A DNA stretch of 64,000 nucleotides from Minisyncoccota bacterium (GCA_018062765.1 JAGORR010000001.1:570485-634484); one strand, 5' to 3'. Numbered from the stretch's first letter, positions 18,139 to 28,650 are shown. The notes: a model not told the origin generated them from the letters alone. Numbers and translations are program-made.

Positions 18139-18147
18139 ATATGCATA

Positions 18148-18912
18148 GTGTATAACAGCTCTATGGAGAACAAGGACGAAAAATGGCTGCGTGAGGAAAA
18201 GTATGGCGGAGAAGAGTCCGAGGCCTATCACACAGACGTTCTACGCCTACGCGCGGGAGAGCCCTTAGCGTACGTCATCGGCCACATCCCATTCCTCGGT
18301 CTTTCGATACGACTCGATTCCAAACCCCTTATTCCCCGCCCCGAGACCGAGTGGTGGACCGAGAGACTCATCGCGCACATCAAGGAGCGAGTTACGCAGC
18401 AGTCACGCAAGACAGTCCGCGTCCTCGATCTGTGCGCAGGGTCGGGCGCCGTGGGCCTTGCGATACTGGCACAAGTTCCTGAAGCGCACGTAACATTTGC
18501 AGAGCTCGATGATGCGCACGCCGCGACGATTCGTAATAACATCAAGGCAAACGGCCTCGACGCGTCGCGCACGTCAATCGTCACCGGCGATCTATTCGCT
18601 CCTCTTTCGGAACTACGTTTTGATATCATCGCGACGAATCCGCCGTACATCCCTGATACGCGTGCACTCGATGCGTCGGTCACCAAGTACGAGCCGCACC
18701 TAGCGCTCTTTTCGGGCGAGGACGGACTCGCTCTCATACGACGCATCGCGCACGAAGCGCCTGCGCACCTCATGCCACGCGGCGAGCTGTGGGTCGAGGT
18801 AGACAGCGAGCACGCCGAATCCGCACAAAGCCTTGTCGCCGGCTCCGTCGCAAACGTTGAACTCATCCCCGACCAGTACGGCCGCCCTCGCCTCGTTGTG
18901 GGATACTGCTAA
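18148..18912 (+). CDS. prmC: Release factor glutamine methyltransferase PrmC/HemK
   Basis: NPPY motif. SAM-binding VLDLCAGSGAVG. N-terminal LAYVIGHIPFLGLSIRLDSKPLIPRPETE. Confidence 0.8.
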   Translation: MYNSSMENKDEKWLREEKYGGEESEAYHTDVLRLRAGEPLAYVIGHIPFLGLSIRLDSKPLIPRPETEWWTERLIAHIKERVTQQSRKTVRVLDLCAGSGAVGLAILAQVPEAHVTFAELDDAHAATIRNNIKANGLDASRTSIVTGDLFAPLSELRFDIIATNPPYIPDTRALDASVTKYEPHLALFSGEDGLALIRRIAHEAPAHLMPRGELWVEVDSEHAESAQSLVAGSVANVELIPDQYGRPRLVVGYC

Positions 18913-18920
18913 GGCAAGCC

Positions 18921-19142
18921 ATGTCGACCAGCACTCCTAACCCGCTTCAGCTATTTGCCGATAGCGGCATCGCACCGCTCCTGTTTTACTTAGCAGCGTT
19001 TATATTCTCGATTTACTCACTCATCATCGCGTACCACTGGCTCCGGTACAGCCAACGCTCCAGAATCACGGTTCCGGTTCTTATCGCGTACGGCGCCGGA
19101 GCCGCGCTCTTCCTTGGTTTTGCTGCAAGCGGACTCGTATGA
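18921..19142 (+). CDS. Small membrane protein
   Basis: 73 aa, two TM helices. 4-nt overlap (ATGA) with the next gene. Confidence 0.4.
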   Translation: MSTSTPNPLQLFADSGIAPLLFYLAAFIFSIYSLIIAYHWLRYSQRSRITVPVLIAYGAGAALFLGFAASGLV

Positions 19143-19696
19143 CCCTAGAAGAATTCGAGCTTGAACCTGGCGAAGCCGTGATGCTCACGGTGCGCAGACA
19201 TTGGCTCGTATTCATCCTCGAGCTCCTGCCGTTTGCGATTGCCGCCATCATTCCGTTCCTTATCCCGCCCGCAATTGCATACCTCGGTGCGAACCTGCCC
19301 GAAGGCGCTGTCGATAGCACGTTCTCCCTAGACCTCTCTCAGGGTACGGTACGGCTGACGCTCGGACTCTGGTGGCTCTTGCTGTGGACCGCAGCCTTCA
19401 CCGTCTTCACCCGGGCATACCTCGATCTCTGGGTGGTCACCTCGACCCGTATCGCGAACATCAAGCAGGAAGGATTCTTCCATCGACGGGTCGAAAGCTT
19501 CCTTCTCACCCGCGTACAAGACATCACAACTGAGGTGCGTGGCATCATTCCGACCCTGCTCGGATTCGGCTCGGTTCGGGTAGAAACGGCGGGAGAAGCG
19601 TCACGTACCTTCCGCATGAAGGGACTCCCGGACCCAGAGGGTATTCGTGACCTCATCATCCGCGAAGTCGCACTCCTCCACGATAAAGGCCGCTAA
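19139..19696 (+). CDS. Bacterial PH-domain (bPH_2/YdbS-like) membrane protein
   Basis: Two TM helices followed by a PH-like beta region. 185 aa. Confidence 0.6.
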   Translation: MTLEEFELEPGEAVMLTVRRHWLVFILELLPFAIAAIIPFLIPPAIAYLGANLPEGAVDSTFSLDLSQGTVRLTLGLWWLLLWTAAFTVFTRAYLDLWVVTSTRIANIKQEGFFHRRVESFLLTRVQDITTEVRGIIPTLLGFGSVRVETAGEASRTFRMKGLPDPEGIRDLIIREVALLHDKGR

Positions 19697-20508
19697 TCGA
19701 GGGCAAACGAGAGCGCGAGCGGCAGATGGTCTGAAACCTCGTCGGCAAGTACCTTGAAATCCTCGACTCGTATCCCATGTGAGACGAGTGCGTAGTCCGC
19801 AAATTTGTTCTCCTTCTTATAGTGGCTGCTTCGCGTCGATGTCACTCCGTATTCACGTATAAGGTTCCGCATCCCACAGTCCTCGAACATAGAGATACTT
19901 TCTGAGTCCGGAAGCAGATTGAGGTCTCCGGCGAGCACGTACGGCGTTGCGAGCCTGTGCGCGAGCGCGCATACGCGTCGGGACTGCTCAAACCGTTCCT
20001 CGCAGTCCTCCTTCCCCTTCCCGTTCCAAAGCCCGTGGAGGTTCATGATAGTGAACGGCGCACCTTCCTCTTCACGCATCGTCACGTACTGCACGCACCG
20101 GGCATGGTGCCCCAAATCCTCCCCATGATGGTCCGGGCGATATCCCTTTTCCCGATATACATACTCCTCGCCGTGCGCGATCACAGTGAGGCGTTTATGT
20201 ACGAGCATGAGGAGCCCGTAATCATCCATAAGCATCGGCACGAAATACGGCACGTGGTCCGCGCATATCTGAGAAAAAGTCTGGAGCGCATCATGCATGG
20301 TCGTGCGCTCGGTAAGCTCCACACCACCGGCCATCATCCCTTCCATTTCCTTATACGGACCCGACCATACCTCCTGCAGATTGAAAATGTCGGTGTCTTC
20401 TTTGTGCGCCTCCATAAACGCGATGAGCTTGTCGCGACCTGCGCGTCCTCCCCAAATATTGAGCGAAATGAGATTCACGATTCCATAATACTCGTCCAGT
20501 GCCCGCAT
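19693..20508 (-). CDS. Endonuclease/exonuclease/phosphatase (EEP) family protein
   Basis: N-terminal NLISLNIWGG and C-terminal SDHLPL motifs. The ORF track start at 20706 is probably too far upstream, so M67 (20508) is preferred. Confidence 0.65.
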   Translation of the reverse strand: MRALDEYYGIVNLISLNIWGGRAGRDKLIAFMEAHKEDTDIFNLQEVWSGPYKEMEGMMAGGVELTERTTMHDALQTFSQICADHVPYFVPMLMDDYGLLMLVHKRLTVIAHGEEYVYREKGYRPDHHGEDLGHHARCVQYVTMREEEGAPFTIMNLHGLWNGKGKEDCEERFEQSRRVCALAHRLATPYVLAGDLNLLPDSESISMFEDCGMRNLIREYGVTSTRSSHYKKENKFADYALVSHGIRVEDFKVLADEVSDHLPLALSFALD

Positions 20509-20559
20509 TGAAACATCAAACAATCGTGGTATGGTGCAGGGAGGAGAAAGGAGGCGTAC

Positions 20560-20838
20560 ATGCCATTGCGCCCTGCGCTTTCGGAGATGGAGCGGCTGGT
20601 AATGAGCTACCTTGCCGCGCGCGACGGCCGGAGCATCTGGACTGACGAGAAGGAAGCTGCCAGGTGGCATGACGCCTACCTGCGCGCAAATCACGTGGGC
20701 TATCACTCAAGCCTCTCGCGCATTCTCGAGCGCTTCACCAAGCTCGGATGGCTTGCCTGGGCCGACGAAGGGTTCCAACTAACCACAAAAGGCTCTGAGC
20801 GCTACGCATTCGCGAAGGCGTTCGAGAGCCACTACTAG
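20560..20838 (+). CDS. Small hypothetical protein, possible winged-helix regulator
   Basis: 92 aa. GGAGAAAGGAGG SD 7 nt before the ATG. Divergent from the EEP gene. Confidence 0.4.
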   Translation: MPLRPALSEMERLVMSYLAARDGRSIWTDEKEAARWHDAYLRANHVGYHSSLSRILERFTKLGWLAWADEGFQLTTKGSERYAFAKAFESHY

Positions 20839-20888
20839 AGCCGGTTCCCTAGGGGACCGGCTCTCACTTTTTCTGATAGAATCCACGT

Positions 20889-22151
20889 ATGACTCCTGGC
20901 GAAGACCTTTCCACCGAGCCCTATAAGGGCGTTCGAGATTTTTATCCTGCCGACTGGCGCCGTATGACGGCGATGTTTACTGGCGTACGCCGCGTGCTTG
21001 AAAGCCACGGATTCGAAGAGTTCCAGGCGTCCCCTCTCGAGCACTCGGAGCTCTACGAGAGCAAAGGAAATGAAGAGATTATCCGAGAGCAGACATTCTC
21101 GTTTATAGACCGTGGCGAGCGACGAGTGACACTCCGCCCTGAGATGACGCCGACATTGGCGCGCATGGTCGCCGGTAAGCGTCGGGAGCTCGCGTTTCCC
21201 TTGCGCTGGTTCTCTATCGGCAACCGCTTCCGCTACGAACGTCCGCAGAAGGGACGCTTACGCGAGTTTTATCAGACGGACGTGGACTTGGTAGGGCTCC
21301 CTGAAGGCGAAGCGGACCTTGAGATTATCGCGATGGCCTCCGAGATTCTGAAGTCGTTCGGCGCGACCGACGACGACTTCGTCATCCGCATCAACTCTCG
21401 CAAGCTCATTCGGCTTGCAAGTGAGGCAGTGGGCCTTCCCGAGGGCGAGGTATCGCGCGCGTACTGGCAGCTCGTTGACCGCAAAGCGAAGATGTCGGCC
21501 GAGGAGTTCGCTGCAGCGCGCAAGGAGTTTACTGCGGACCCCTTAGCGGAAATAGAGCGCGCGAACGAGGGAGCAGTAGCCGAGGAGAAAGCACGGGTTA
21601 AAGCGCTCGTAGATATGCTTAAGGAGCGCGGGGTCAGCAATGCGGTGTTTGATACGGACATTGTTCGTGGCTTCGACTACTACACGGGCACCGTGTTCGA
21701 GGTGAGCGATACCAATCCTGAGAATCCTCGGGCGCTGTTTGGTGGCGGTCGCTACGATGGGCTCGTGTCCATGTTCGGAGGCGAGGCAGTACCCGCCGTC
21801 GGTTTCGCCTTCGGAGACGTCACGATGATGGACTTCCTCGATACCCATGGACTCGCTCTCACCACCGGTTCCCAGGCAGATGTGTACATCGCAACGCCTT
21901 CACCCGAGAATCGTGGGGACGCGGAGTCTTTCGCGCGAGCGCTCCGCGCTGACGGCGTCCGTGTCTTTGTAAACCTCACCGAAAAGGGCCTTGGCGACCA
22001 GATAAAGGACGCCGACAAGCGCTCTATCCCATACGTCATCGTCTACGGCGCGGATGAAGTGAGCGCCACGTCGGTAACGGTTAAGACGCTTTCCACTGGC
22101 GACGAGGAAGTCATAGAAAAAGATTCGGTCGCTCCCCGCCTCCGTTCATAG
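20889..22151 (+). CDS. hisS: Histidine--tRNA ligase
   Basis: Class II motifs (FRYERPQKGRLREFYQ, GGGRYDG). C-terminal anticodon-binding domain. 420 aa. Confidence 0.9.
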   Translation: MTPGEDLSTEPYKGVRDFYPADWRRMTAMFTGVRRVLESHGFEEFQASPLEHSELYESKGNEEIIREQTFSFIDRGERRVTLRPEMTPTLARMVAGKRRELAFPLRWFSIGNRFRYERPQKGRLREFYQTDVDLVGLPEGEADLEIIAMASEILKSFGATDDDFVIRINSRKLIRLASEAVGLPEGEVSRAYWQLVDRKAKMSAEEFAAARKEFTADPLAEIERANEGAVAEEKARVKALVDMLKERGVSNAVFDTDIVRGFDYYTGTVFEVSDTNPENPRALFGGGRYDGLVSMFGGEAVPAVGFAFGDVTMMDFLDTHGLALTTGSQADVYIATPSPENRGDAESFARALRADGVRVFVNLTEKGLGDQIKDADKRSIPYVIVYGADEVSATSVTVKTLSTGDEEVIEKDSVAPRLRS

Positions 22152-22158
22152 GCCATTC

Positions 22159-22200
22159 TGTACGCTGTCCGCTCTACGCCATACGTTATACGCTGTATCT
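22159..22200 (+). repeat. Degenerate tandem heptamer array (G/A)TACGCT immediately upstream of the exonuclease gene ATG
   Basis: GTACGCT GTCCGCT CTACGCC ATACGTT ATACGCT GTATCT. The same heptamer arrays flank the rpoC-dnaG palindrome. Confidence 0.4.
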
Positions 22201-22779
22201 ATGCGAGTCATCACGTTTGACATCGAGACGCGCATGGCGACCCCGGGAAAAGGTCGCCTCGACACGTCAGCAATGGAGCTTACCGTCGTTGGCATCCACG
22301 ACTCACTTACCGACGAATACTCCTCGTACCTACAGGAAGAGCTCCCGAAGCTCTGGGAAATCATGGAGCGAGCCGACCTCCTAGTGGGCTACAACTCCGA
22401 TATGTTTGATATCCCGATATTGAATCGCTACTACCCGGGCGATCTTGCTCACATTCCCTCGCTCGACCTTATGGTCGAGGTGCAGAAGGTCCTGGGGCGC
22501 AGACTACGCCTCGACTCCTTGGCACGCGCAACGCTTGGTCGTGGGAAAACTGGGGACGGTCTTAAGGCGATGGACTGGTGGGCAGAGGGAAAATACGACC
22601 TGGTGCGCAAATACTGCATCGAAGACGTCCGGCTTACTCGAGAGCTGTATGACTACGGAGTAAAAAACGGGGCGCTTAAATACCAAGACCTCAATCAGAA
22701 GAAGGACATAAAGATAGACACCTCAGGCTGGAACCAGCCGCGCGACATGGGAGCGATGACCCATACCCTACCGTTTTAA
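22201..22779 (+). CDS. Predicted 3'-5' exonuclease related to the PolB exonuclease domain (RNase H-like fold)
   Basis: VITFDIET, then YNSDMFDIPIL, then YCIEDVRLTRELY (Exo I/II/III-like order). 192 aa. Confidence 0.65.
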   Translation: MRVITFDIETRMATPGKGRLDTSAMELTVVGIHDSLTDEYSSYLQEELPKLWEIMERADLLVGYNSDMFDIPILNRYYPGDLAHIPSLDLMVEVQKVLGRRLRLDSLARATLGRGKTGDGLKAMDWWAEGKYDLVRKYCIEDVRLTRELYDYGVKNGALKYQDLNQKKDIKIDTSGWNQPRDMGAMTHTLPF

Positions 22780-22786
22780 ACGTTCA

Positions 22787-22812
22787 AAGGGCCTTCCGAA
22801 AGGAAGGCCCTT
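22787..22812. terminator. 11-bp stem GAAA-loop hairpin between convergent genes
   Basis: AAGGGCCTTCC-gaaa-GGAAGGCCCTT. Confidence 0.45.
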
Positions 22813-22828
22813 GAAGGCGGTGGGGCGT

Positions 22829-22951
22829 TCAGGTGGCAAGTATGCCGATGATGCTCAAAAGAGCGACAAGGGCGCCTGCGACGCAGAGCGCGTTATCCAC
22901 ACGCGGGATGTGCAGTCTCCCCTCGGGGACTGCAGTTGTAGTTGTGGCCAT
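22829..22951 (-). CDS. Candidate 40-aa small membrane protein (MATTTTAVPEGRLHIPRVDNALCVAGALVALLSIIGILAT)
   Basis: Strong SD GGAAGGAG 7 nt upstream of the ATG. C-terminal TM helix. Hairpin just downstream. Not in the ORF track (<60 aa). Confidence 0.3.
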   Translation of the reverse strand: MATTTTAVPEGRLHIPRVDNALCVAGALVALLSIIGILAT

Positions 22952-23025
22952 GACAGAACTCCTTCCGTTTTTCATAGTACGCGCATCCGCCAAACCGTGC
23001 AATATATAGGCCGTGGAAATCCGTT

Positions 23026-23895
23026 CTAAACTTCCTTTTCCTCCTCCGCGAGTCCGAGCCGGTACACATCGAAAGAATCCTGGCCCTCGAACATATCGGA
23101 GGGATTCGGCAGGAACTTCTTCCTATGCGCTAAGTCGTAGGTGACGTCCTTAAGGAGGCGGTGGAAAACGGAGAACGCCTCGTCCGCATCCTTGTAATCG
23201 ATGACGTACCGTCGTAGCTGTGACTTCCCGTTTGCGTTTCTGGTCTTCTTGCATTCGATGACGATGAAGCGCCGCACAGGCTTCCCGTACACCTTGCTCA
23301 CCGTGTAGTAATTGAAGATGGCTTGGAGCCAGAAGAGAGCCTTGCTTCCCTGCTCCTTGCTGAAAGAATCAACGAATTTATGGTCGACGATGTCGAGCGC
23401 TCCCGGCTCTATCGTCGACTCAACAACGAGGTCTGATATCGCTTTTATGGAGAGCCTATGACCTGGAACTTTTGCATATCCCCTAACCTCGACCCCGATT
23501 ACCTTATGCTTCGGTGGTCGCGCAAGATAATAGCCGACCGCCTGAAGGTATTCGCGCTCCATCCCCTCGCGCTTCGCCTTCTTTGCCTTCTTTGTCTTTG
23601 CCGTACCGAAATTAATCTCAAAGTCAGCAACGCTCCGCAAATTCACGAGCCCTGCCTCCGTCGCTGCCTCCTTCGTCGCGCCTAGATAGAACTGCTCCAT
23701 CGCCACATGAGCTGCAGACCCGACAATCCCTGCCGGCGTTCGCGGCGTATCGTATATCTTCATGACGTACCGCTTGAACCAAGCGAGCGGATTACGAAGA
23801 TACGAAACCACCGACGAGTGACTCCAGTAATCGATGGGGAGACGCTTCTGGCGGCGACTCGTCTTCGTGTGTCTCTTTACTGCCTTTTTTCTCAT
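23026..23895 (-). CDS. PD-(D/E)XK nuclease superfamily protein (RecB-like/Cas4-like core without Fe-S Cys cluster)
   Basis: N-terminal YWSHSSVVSYLRNPLAWFKRY. DIVDHKF. IVIECKK. Q..xY-like WLQAIFNYY. 289 aa. Confidence 0.6.
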   Translation of the reverse strand: MRKKAVKRHTKTSRRQKRLPIDYWSHSSVVSYLRNPLAWFKRYVMKIYDTPRTPAGIVGSAAHVAMEQFYLGATKEAATEAGLVNLRSVADFEINFGTAKTKKAKKAKREGMEREYLQAVGYYLARPPKHKVIGVEVRGYAKVPGHRLSIKAISDLVVESTIEPGALDIVDHKFVDSFSKEQGSKALFWLQAIFNYYTVSKVYGKPVRRFIVIECKKTRNANGKSQLRRYVIDYKDADEAFSVFHRLLKDVTYDLAHRKKFLPNPSDMFEGQDSFDVYRLGLAEEEKEV

Positions 23896-24024
23896 CTCTC
23901 AAAGTCTATCCTGGCTCCTCATGAGGCGCGAATGAGCGGTCTTTGCGGCATAAGGGGCCTGCAGGTAGAGTGGTGACAGGTTACACCAAGCCGCGTCGCG
24001 GCTCGCTCTTTATAGGGGTACTAC

Positions 24025-25398
24025 ATGTGCGGAATCGTCGGAATCTGGAACGCTCCCAAGGCTGCCGAGAAAACCTTCCTGGCGCTCCACGCGCTTCAGC
24101 ATCGGGCTCAGGACTATGCCGGAATCGCAACCCATGACGGGTCGCACTTCCATTGGGCGCGCGATCACGGCCTCGTCTCTGAAGTGTTCGCGAAACGCGA
24201 CACCCTCAACATGCTGCACGGGTGGAATGCTGTCGGGCATCTTCGCTACCCGACGGTCGAGGAGAAGACATACGCGCGCGATGCGGGCGACCCAGACCCG
24301 AATATGCAGCCGATACGCGGCCTTTGGCAGCACACGGAGTTCTTCCTCGCGCACAACGGAAACATCACGAACGTGCCGCATTTGCGGATGCTCGTGAAGG
24401 ACAAGGCGACACGTCTCAAGACCGACATGGACTCCGAGATTATCGTCCGGCTCATCGAGCAGCAGCGTCCGTCAAGCTTCCTGCTGTGCCTCGAGCAAGT
24501 GCTAAAGCGCGTGCGCGGTAGCTACTCGCTCGTCATCCTCTTGCCCACGGCGCTGATTGCCGTGCGCGGCCCTGAGGGTAATCGCCCTCTGGTCTACGGA
24601 TACAACGAGGAGCACGGATTCTCAATCATTGCTTCCGAGTCCTGCGCGCTTGATGCGGTTGACGCTCGTTATATCGGTGAAGTGAGGTCAGGCACTGCCG
24701 AGGTCTTCACCATAAACGGTCGACAGACGCCGCACCGCTTCACAGAACCAAGACTGAAGCGCTGCTCATTCGAACTACCGTACTACTCGCACGTCACGAG
24801 CGATGTGTTTGGAAAGAGCGTTGCTGACTGGCGTATGCGCGCTGGAAAGCGGCTCGAGGAACTCCATCCTGTTCCTCACGCCGACCTCGTTATCGGAGTT
24901 CCCGATAGCGGCATCACCCTCGCACAAGGATGGGCCACAAGCGGGCGCTCAGGCCGCGTCTCGGTTTCAGCGGTCGCCAAAAGCGGCTACGCGCAGCGCA
25001 CCTTCATCGCACGAAGCCAAACGTTGCGAGCGGAACGGGTGAGGATGAAGTTCCTGTTTTCGCGAAGCGAGCTTGAGGGCAAGACGGTCGTGCTCCTCGA
25101 TGATTCGATTGTGCGACTTACCACTATGCCGGAAGTAGTCTCCCGCGTCCGCAAAGCAGGCGCCAAGGAAGTCCACGTACGTGTCGCGTTCCCGCCCATC
25201 CGGCATCCTTGCCTCTACGGCATCGACACGCCGACGCGAGCGGAACTCTCGGCGGCGAACCTCTCGAAGAAGGAGATGCTGAAAAAAGTCGGAGCTGACA
25301 CGCTCGAATTCCTCGACCTCGATTCCCTGCTCTCGCTTTCAGGGGACGAACCGGGAACCTGGTGCACCGCGTGCGTCACCGGTAAGTACTGGCACTGA
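24025..25398 (+). CDS. purF: Amidophosphoribosyltransferase
   Basis: N-terminal nucleophile MCGIVGI (class II glutamine amidotransferase). PRTase motif VVLLDDSIVRLTT. 457 aa. Confidence 0.85.
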   Translation: MCGIVGIWNAPKAAEKTFLALHALQHRAQDYAGIATHDGSHFHWARDHGLVSEVFAKRDTLNMLHGWNAVGHLRYPTVEEKTYARDAGDPDPNMQPIRGLWQHTEFFLAHNGNITNVPHLRMLVKDKATRLKTDMDSEIIVRLIEQQRPSSFLLCLEQVLKRVRGSYSLVILLPTALIAVRGPEGNRPLVYGYNEEHGFSIIASESCALDAVDARYIGEVRSGTAEVFTINGRQTPHRFTEPRLKRCSFELPYYSHVTSDVFGKSVADWRMRAGKRLEELHPVPHADLVIGVPDSGITLAQGWATSGRSGRVSVSAVAKSGYAQRTFIARSQTLRAERVRMKFLFSRSELEGKTVVLLDDSIVRLTTMPEVVSRVRKAGAKEVHVRVAFPPIRHPCLYGIDTPTRAELSAANLSKKEMLKKVGADTLEFLDLDSLLSLSGDEPGTWCTACVTGKYWH

Positions 25399-25411
25399 AG
25401 CAAAGCAATAT

Positions 25412-25447
25412 GCGCGGCAGCCTATGGCTGCCGCGCTCTCTTTTGCC
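25412..25447 (+). terminator. Intrinsic terminator after purF
   Basis: GCGCGGCAGCC-tat-GGCTGCCGCGC followed by TCTCTTTTGCC. Confidence 0.6.
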
Positions 25448-25630
25448 GTATACTCCAAGCAGATTCCCGGCAGAACGGGAACGTACATGATGCCGCTCGC
25501 TAAGTGGTCAGCGCGACAAGGTTTGAGCAGACATGGAGATTCGCTCGCCATATGCACTGACGGTGCGACCAAAGGGACATAAGACCGAAACGGCCGTCCT
25601 TAGTACACCGACGAAATCCGCCAAGTCCGC

Positions 25631-25666
25631 GCCATATTCAAGAAGCCCCGGGAATGATCCCGGGGC
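25631..25666 (-). terminator. Intrinsic terminator after rpoD
   Basis: On the minus strand: GCCCCGGGA-tcat-TCCCGGGGC followed by TTCTTGAATAT. Confidence 0.55.
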
Positions 25667-25698
25667 AACTTTCTTACATACTATGTCGAGCTCGTGCA

Positions 25699-26955
25699 CT
25701 AATAGCTCTTCAGCCGTCTTGCTTTCTCGTGGAGTCGAATCTTTTCCAAGGCCTTCGCCTCAATCTGACGAATACGCTCACGAGTAACACCAAACTCTTT
25801 TCCTACCTCCTCAAGAGTGTGGTATACGCCATCCAAGAGTCCGTGGCGCATCTCGAGAATTTTCCGCTCCTTGGGAGAGAGGTCATCAAGGATGTCGCGC
25901 ACCTGCTCAGCGAGGATGCGCTCCGAAGACTCCTGCACAGGGCTTGGAATCTTGTCGTCTGCGATGAAATCGCCCAGGGTGGACTTCTCATCATCCGAGT
26001 CGCCGGAGCCGATAGGGTTCTCCAAAGAAAGCGTGTCCTGATTAATCTTTTCTATTTGGTAGATTTTCTCCACCTCGACACCCATCTCGACCGCTACTTC
26101 CTCCGGCATAGGGTCGCGACCAAGCGCCTGCGAAAGCCGGCGCGAGACCTGCTTGTACTTCGCGATGGTCTCCACCATGTGGACCGGGATGCGGATGGTT
26201 CGAGACTGATCAGCGAGCGCGCGGGTGATGGCCTGACGAATCCACCACGTAGCGTAGGTGGAGAACTTGAAGCCCTTCTTCCAGTCGAACTTATCGACGG
26301 CCTTGAAGAGGCCTAGGTTCCCTTCCTGGATGAGGTCGAGAAGCGTAAGGTCAGGCGAGCGGCCTACGTACTTCTTGGCGATAGACACCACAAGACGGAG
26401 GTTCGAACGCGCGAGAATGTTGCGCGCCTCATCGTCTCCAGCATCGATACGCTTCGCGAGTTCGCGCTCCTCGGACGCGGTCAGAAGCGGGTACTGGCCA
26501 ATCTCTCGAAGGTAGATCTGGATGGAGTCGTAGGCGGAGGAGTCTCGAGTCTTGATGTTGCGGGTTGCGAGATATTCGTCCGCGTTATCCTCGAGCATGC
26601 CTCCCTCGAGAATGTCGATGCCGGCTATGGTGAACTTCTCGTAGAGCTCGTCGAGGAACGTAATATCCTCTTCGATTGTAGGGAACTCCTTGAGGATCTC
26701 GCTGTAGGTGATGTACCCGCGCTCCTTACCCTTCTGAATGAGGAGGTCTGCCTTGCCGCCTGCTGCCTGCGCTGCGCGCGCCTTGGCGCCGCCAGCCACA
26801 TGCTTTACCACCTTGCGGGCGGTAATCTTCTTGGGGTGCGCCTTCTTTGGAGCGACTTTTTTCTTCCCCGAATTCGAGGCCTTCTTTACAACCTTCTTCG
26901 GCTTATTCTTTGGCGTCACCTTCTTCTTGGCTACGGTCTTTTTCTTTTTTGCCAT
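25699..26955 (-). CDS. rpoD: RNA polymerase sigma-70 factor RpoD with Lys-rich N-terminal extension
   Basis: Region 2 [18 protein letters not shown]...[13 protein letters not shown]. Regions 3 and 4 present. 418 aa. Confidence 0.9.
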   Translation of the reverse strand: MAKKKKTVAKKKVTPKNKPKKVVKKASNSGKKKVAPKKAHPKKITARKVVKHVAGGAKARAAQAAGGKADLLIQKGKERGYITYSEILKEFPTIEEDITFLDELYEKFTIAGIDILEGGMLEDNADEYLATRNIKTRDSSAYDSIQIYLREIGQYPLLTASEERELAKRIDAGDDEARNILARSNLRLVVSIAKKYVGRSPDLTLLDLIQEGNLGLFKAVDKFDWKKGFKFSTYATWWIRQAITRALADQSRTIRIPVHMVETIAKYKQVSRRLSQALGRDPMPEEVAVEMGVEVEKIYQIEKINQDTLSLENPIGSGDSDDEKSTLGDFIADDKIPSPVQESSERILAEQVRDILDDLSPKERKILEMRHGLLDGVYHTLEEVGKEFGVTRERIRQIEAKALEKIRLHEKARRLKSY

Positions 26956-26983
26956 GCGTATGTTTGAAAAAAGTGAGTAATCG

Positions 26984-28639
26984 TCAGGTAAGCGTCGCTA
27001 TCCGCTTCATCAGGGTCATACAGGTGGCTTCAGCTTCCCTCACGCCTTCCGTGTTTCCCTGCTGTTCGGCCTCGCGTAGCTTTCGCAGCGCATCCTGGTA
27101 CAGGACAGTAAGCGATTCGCGCTCGAATCGCTTCAAAAGTTCATCTGCGGCATCCTCCCCTGGAGCATCGCCAAACTGTATCCCGGTCTCAAAAAGGACT
27201 CGTTCGGGAACCGGCGTGCTAGGGAGCGATGCTTCGGTAATGCGAGTATACTCGGCTTTCACCCGTTCTTCAAGCGGCGAACCAGCGTAGAGTGCCGCAA
27301 CCGCAGTGATGGTGTCGTGAAGGCTGGTGCGTCCTTGGGCCGCGACTGGCTCGCCGCTTGAGGCAGGATCCTCCTCTCCCGGTCGCACGCGCCCGAGCCC
27401 CTGTCGCACCGCTTCAGGACTCATGAGAAGCATTTGAGCTACAACTCCTACGAAATGCTCGCGCTCAAGCGGGCTCTTAATAGCGGATATAAGGGGAAGC
27501 AATATCCGCTCCGCAGCGATGACGAGCTTATGCGAATCCTTCTCTCGGCTGCGCAGGATTTCCGCAAAGAACTCGACCACCGGCTTCGCACGCTTCACGC
27601 GTTCAGTGAAATCCTTCGCGTCAGTTGAGAGAATGTCGGCCGGATCCTTTCCATCAGGCAAGAGTATCGCTTTTACACGGAGCCCGGCACCAAGCGCCGC
27701 GTGTGTGTGCTTTTCGGTAGCGGCAAGGCCCGCACGATCAGCGTCGAGTGCGAGCATCAGATTATCACTGTATCGCTTGAGGATTGCGAGGTGTTCCGGC
27801 GTGAGCGCCGTCCCTGAGACCGCGACCGTGTTCTCGAATCCCGCCTGGTGCGCATGAAGTACATCCATCTGCCCTTCCATCAGGAGCGCAAATCCGCGCG
27901 TTCGTATCGCGTCCTTCGCTCTATCCATGGCATACAAAAGCGCAGATTTCCGGAATAACTCCGTTTCGGGGCTGTTGAGATACTTTGCCTGTTCCTCTTT
28001 TGAGAGGGCGCGCCCCGTAAAGCCAACGGTGCGGCCCGAGGCATCCCGCAAGGGAAACATAAGTCGGTCACGGAAGCGGTCGTAGTAGGTACCTGGCTTC
28101 CCTTCCGCTTCCTTGATGAGTCCTGCTGCAAGAAGCTCCGCATTTGTGTAGCCCTTTGCCGACAGATGTTCATAGAGTTGTCGCCACTCAGGAGCCGCGT
28201 ACCCGAGTCCGAAGTCCGCAATGGTCTTCTCGGTAAGTCCGCGCGATTTCGCATATGCTTCGCCGGGACTTCCCGCAAGTTTCTGGCGGTAGAAACCCTC
28301 CGCTTCTGCTACCGCCTCGCGCAATCGGTCGGCCTTCCCCTTGTCCTGCTTCCCTTCGTAGACAATCTCGACCCCGGCTTTCTCGGCAAGGATTTTCAAG
28401 GCCTCCTTGAAATCAACGCCCTCCATCTTTTCGATAAAGGTGAAGATATCGCCACCCTGGTTAGAGGAAAAGCAGTAATAGCTCCCGCGCTCGGCGTTTA
28501 CATAGAAGGATGGCGTCTTCTCCTTATTGAAGGGCGAGAGTCCTTTGTAGTTCTTGCCTGCGCGCGTCAATTTCACGTACGGTGAAATAACGTCCACGAT
28601 GGACAGCTTATCTTTCACTTTCTGGACGGTATCTGACAT
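26984..28639 (-). CDS. dnaG: DNA primase
   Basis: CHC2 zinc-finger region (CPFH-like FNKEKTPSF). TOPRIM. 551 aa. Immediately upstream of rpoD. Confidence 0.9.
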   Translation of the reverse strand: MSDTVQKVKDKLSIVDVISPYVKLTRAGKNYKGLSPFNKEKTPSFYVNAERGSYYCFSSNQGGDIFTFIEKMEGVDFKEALKILAEKAGVEIVYEGKQDKGKADRLREAVAEAEGFYRQKLAGSPGEAYAKSRGLTEKTIADFGLGYAAPEWRQLYEHLSAKGYTNAELLAAGLIKEAEGKPGTYYDRFRDRLMFPLRDASGRTVGFTGRALSKEEQAKYLNSPETELFRKSALLYAMDRAKDAIRTRGFALLMEGQMDVLHAHQAGFENTVAVSGTALTPEHLAILKRYSDNLMLALDADRAGLAATEKHTHAALGAGLRVKAILLPDGKDPADILSTDAKDFTERVKRAKPVVEFFAEILRSREKDSHKLVIAAERILLPLISAIKSPLEREHFVGVVAQMLLMSPEAVRQGLGRVRPGEEDPASSGEPVAAQGRTSLHDTITAVAALYAGSPLEERVKAEYTRITEASLPSTPVPERVLFETGIQFGDAPGEDAADELLKRFERESLTVLYQDALRKLREAEQQGNTEGVREAEATCMTLMKRIATLT

Positions 28640-28650
28640 AGGGAAGCTTG

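Noticed and set aside
25654-26316. 220-aa plus-strand ORF
   Set aside because: It is antisense to rpoD.
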